In this document: positions 61,984 through 64,000 of the stretch, piece by piece
How positions within the stretch are numbered: position 1 is the first letter of the stretch
Layout: the number at the start of each line of letters is the position of its first letter
Source of the DNA: Amoebophrya sp. A120
Taxonomy: Eukaryota; Protista; Dinoflagellata
Direction: 5' to 3'
Length of the DNA: 64,000 bases
NCBI GenBank assembly: GCA_905178155.1
Contig: CAJINV010000005.1
Coordinates: 5,126,256 to 5,190,255, forward strand
Translations under genes and position numbers: made by a program
Notes under the pieces: generated by a model
What the model was told of the DNA's origin: nothing
The model's input: only the letters and a program-made list of their open reading frames with translations
Database searches by the model: none

Positions 61984-62585
61984 ATGCTGCCTTACTGGTG
62001 GAGGCGGAAGCCGTATCAAATGCAAATATGTCTGGGTCTGGAAACCTGTGATGCTGTATTGCGCATGACTGCAACGCTTGTTATGGCAGCTAAGCATGAC
62101 AAACTTTCGGAACGCTTTCTGCTGCGTGTTGCGCATGAGAAATTGCTTCTTTGCGTAACAAAGAAAGCTGCTCATTTGCTGCTCATGCAGCACAGATTTT
62201 CCGGGAATGCAAGATACGCATTTACGAGTTGCAACCTTCCAGACCCAGACATATTTGCAGTGGATAGGCCGCTCATTGCTGCCCAACTGGTGGCCACGTC
62301 CCAGATCGCAGGCGCGGCTGGGTACGAGGACGCGAGCAAGAACTTCCGCGGGGGGGGGGGCAAAACCAAAAGCCCTCCTCCTTGACCCTCAATCACGACG
62401 GCAGTAACTCCGGCGACGCCATGAACCCCGTCACGAAGGACGAGGAGTCGTCCTCTGGGACGAGCTTCATGTCGCGGGCCGCAGTTCTTAGTAACCCTCA
62501 CCTTATTAGTAGCCCTCATGCCCGCGAGCAAGCTGCAAAGAAGGCGTCTCAGTCGCTGAACAGTACTCACATACATACGCTTTGA
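61984..62585 (+). CDS. Possible small secreted protein or pseudogene (one introner, possible frameshift in a G run near 62350)
   Basis: MLPYWWRRKP/LIAAQLVATSQIAGAAGYEDASKNFRG reads across the 62014 element; the frame stops at 62385 unless the G homopolymer length is wrong. Confidence 0.3.
62014..62266. mobile_element. Introner family A
   Basis: TIR; DR AGCCG/GGCCG. Confidence 0.9.
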
Positions 62586-63559
62586 CTTTGCCGATTGCTC
62601 CAACTTCGCCGATTAAGTAGTGGCTGTTGTGTGCAGCTTACGTAGTTACTCTGCATGGTTCTTACGGCCATAAGTTTTTTTCTTGAGACAAAAATACCAA
62701 TACAACTCATGCAGGTGAATGCTACATCGAGGTCCGTTGCGTAGAGTGGCGTCCTAAGCAGTGCTCAGCAATTGCCTATTGGCAGCCCGAAACTGTGTTT
62801 TGCGGAAACCCAAACTCGCACGTCCTGACGGGCAGTCGCCAAACCTACTGTGACGCGGCCTGCAAACCGCTCCCGAAACCAAACTGGTCCACCCCAACGG
62901 AACAAACCAATCACTGGAACACCCTGGTGGTGAACACCGTTCCGCTTCCGCGTTCCTAGGAAAGATAAAAAAGTAGCTGAGAGAAGATCGCAAAAATCAA
63001 ATTCATGCTCAGACCAAAGAAGATAAAGATAGATAAGCTAGTTGAAATAAGGTCGGAACCTGACCGTTAAAAAATGGAAAGTTGTTGTGCGACGGTCGAG
63101 GTGGAGGTGATGAAGTTGAAGCCTCGTTATCGTTTGACACCAAGAAAGCTGTTGGCTTTGATGTGCGATTTTATTTCCACAATGACGGCGTGCTACCGTC
63201 CACCAGGCCATGGTCTTCTTGTTCACCAGTGTGAGTTTTGTTCTCGTCTCGATCATTTCCTGTGCTTTTATATGCTCCAAAGCGCGGGGACGGAAGATCA
63301 TCTTTTGCAATCAGATCACATGTGAGTGTGTTAAATCGCCTTCCTCTTTTTTGGCATAAATTGGTGTTATATATTCTAGTGCCTCACGTTCCACCCTCTG
63401 ACTCTGAGCAAGATGGAGACAAATCTTGCCGACTAGCTGCTTCTTTCTACGGAGATCTCCTTTCTGATTCTGACAACCGTGAAGATCATCCTTTCATTCT
63501 GTATCTGTTTGACTTTCAAAGTGGTCGTTACTACTGAGTGAGGTAACAAATTAATCGCT

Positions 63560-63614
63560 TAAGTTACCGGGTAACTTAGCGTCCGGCCGGCCGCCGGACG
63601 CTAAGTTACCCGGT
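63560..63614. repeat. Perfect 22-bp hairpin overlapped by a 9-bp palindrome
   Basis: ACCGGGTAACTTAGCGTCCGGC-CGGCC-GCCGGACGCTAAGTTACCCGGT; TAAGTTACC-G-GGTAACTTA. Confidence 0.9.
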
Positions 63615-64000
63615 TCCCAGCCGCCAGCCCGTTCCAGCGGATCGGATTCAAAATAGTCTGCTAAGAAGTGGTATTTTTTGGACGTTGGAATCTTAAATAA
63701 GACCATGTGGTTTATTTAGTCGCCGTAGTTGCACTTGTAAAAAGTGCAGACGGTGAGAGAGAGCCCCTTTCACACCGTGCGATTTCTGGTTCGGACAAGC
63801 AGTTGCTTACTGTTACTCCACATAAAGATAAACTCGAAGTTGCTGTGTAGTTGGTTGTGGGGCCAAGTTTTTCATCACGCAATGATGTCGCGCTTCTCGC
63901 CCGCAGGCACAGTCTACCTTATGTCGGGTCGACTCCCGTCCGGTCGTCCCAGGCGTCAGCACACAGCGTTCTCGCACTACATCCGGGCCGCGGTCGCTGT

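Noticed and set aside
6885-62266. Recurrent peptides in the ORF track (FQTQTYLQ, CKYVWVWK, MSGSGR, PDPDIFA, HDK/CHA/VM) suggesting a repeat-protein family
   Set aside because: They are six-frame translations of family A TIRs and the GCATGACAA motif, and occur on both strands and in all frames.
62754-63537. Short ORFs near the window end
   Set aside because: No recognisable motifs and no consistent exon chain.
1-64000. Dinoflagellate spliced-leader relics, tRNA or rRNA genes
   Set aside because: No convincing match was found by eye. tRNAscan-SE and Infernal were not run.

Overview
Eukaryotic, intron-rich protist DNA. The architecture best fits a parasitic syndinian dinoflagellate such as Amoebophrya (inferred, not proven). 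All recognisable genes lie on the + strand: a membrane protein, a ~2050-aa putative secreted polyprotein, a GT-A glycosyltransferase, a ~1220-aa importin alpha, a small hypothetical protein, a multi-TM protein and a CLN3/BTN1-like MFS transporter. The dominant feature is about 87 copies (about 67 outside a tandem array) of mostly 140-350 bp MITE-like 'introner' elements in about 9 families (labelled A-I here). Each typically begins TAT, ends ATA, has 20-40 bp terminal inverted repeats (TIRs), is flanked by a 5-bp direct repeat (DR) and carries internal GCATNACAA motifs. They sit almost only inside coding sequence and occur in either orientation. Removing each element plus one DR copy restores the reading frame in every gene traced, mostly without GT-AG ends. 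Paralogous empty sites within the window show they are mobile insertions, and DR mismatches suggest the splice junction lies between DR bases 4 and 5. A deleted segmental duplicate (an importin IBB fragment plus a truncated membrane-protein gene) is partly amplified as a 3147-bp tandem array. Most short ORFs in the supplied track are spurious translations of the elements. All coordinates were read by eye and nothing was computed.
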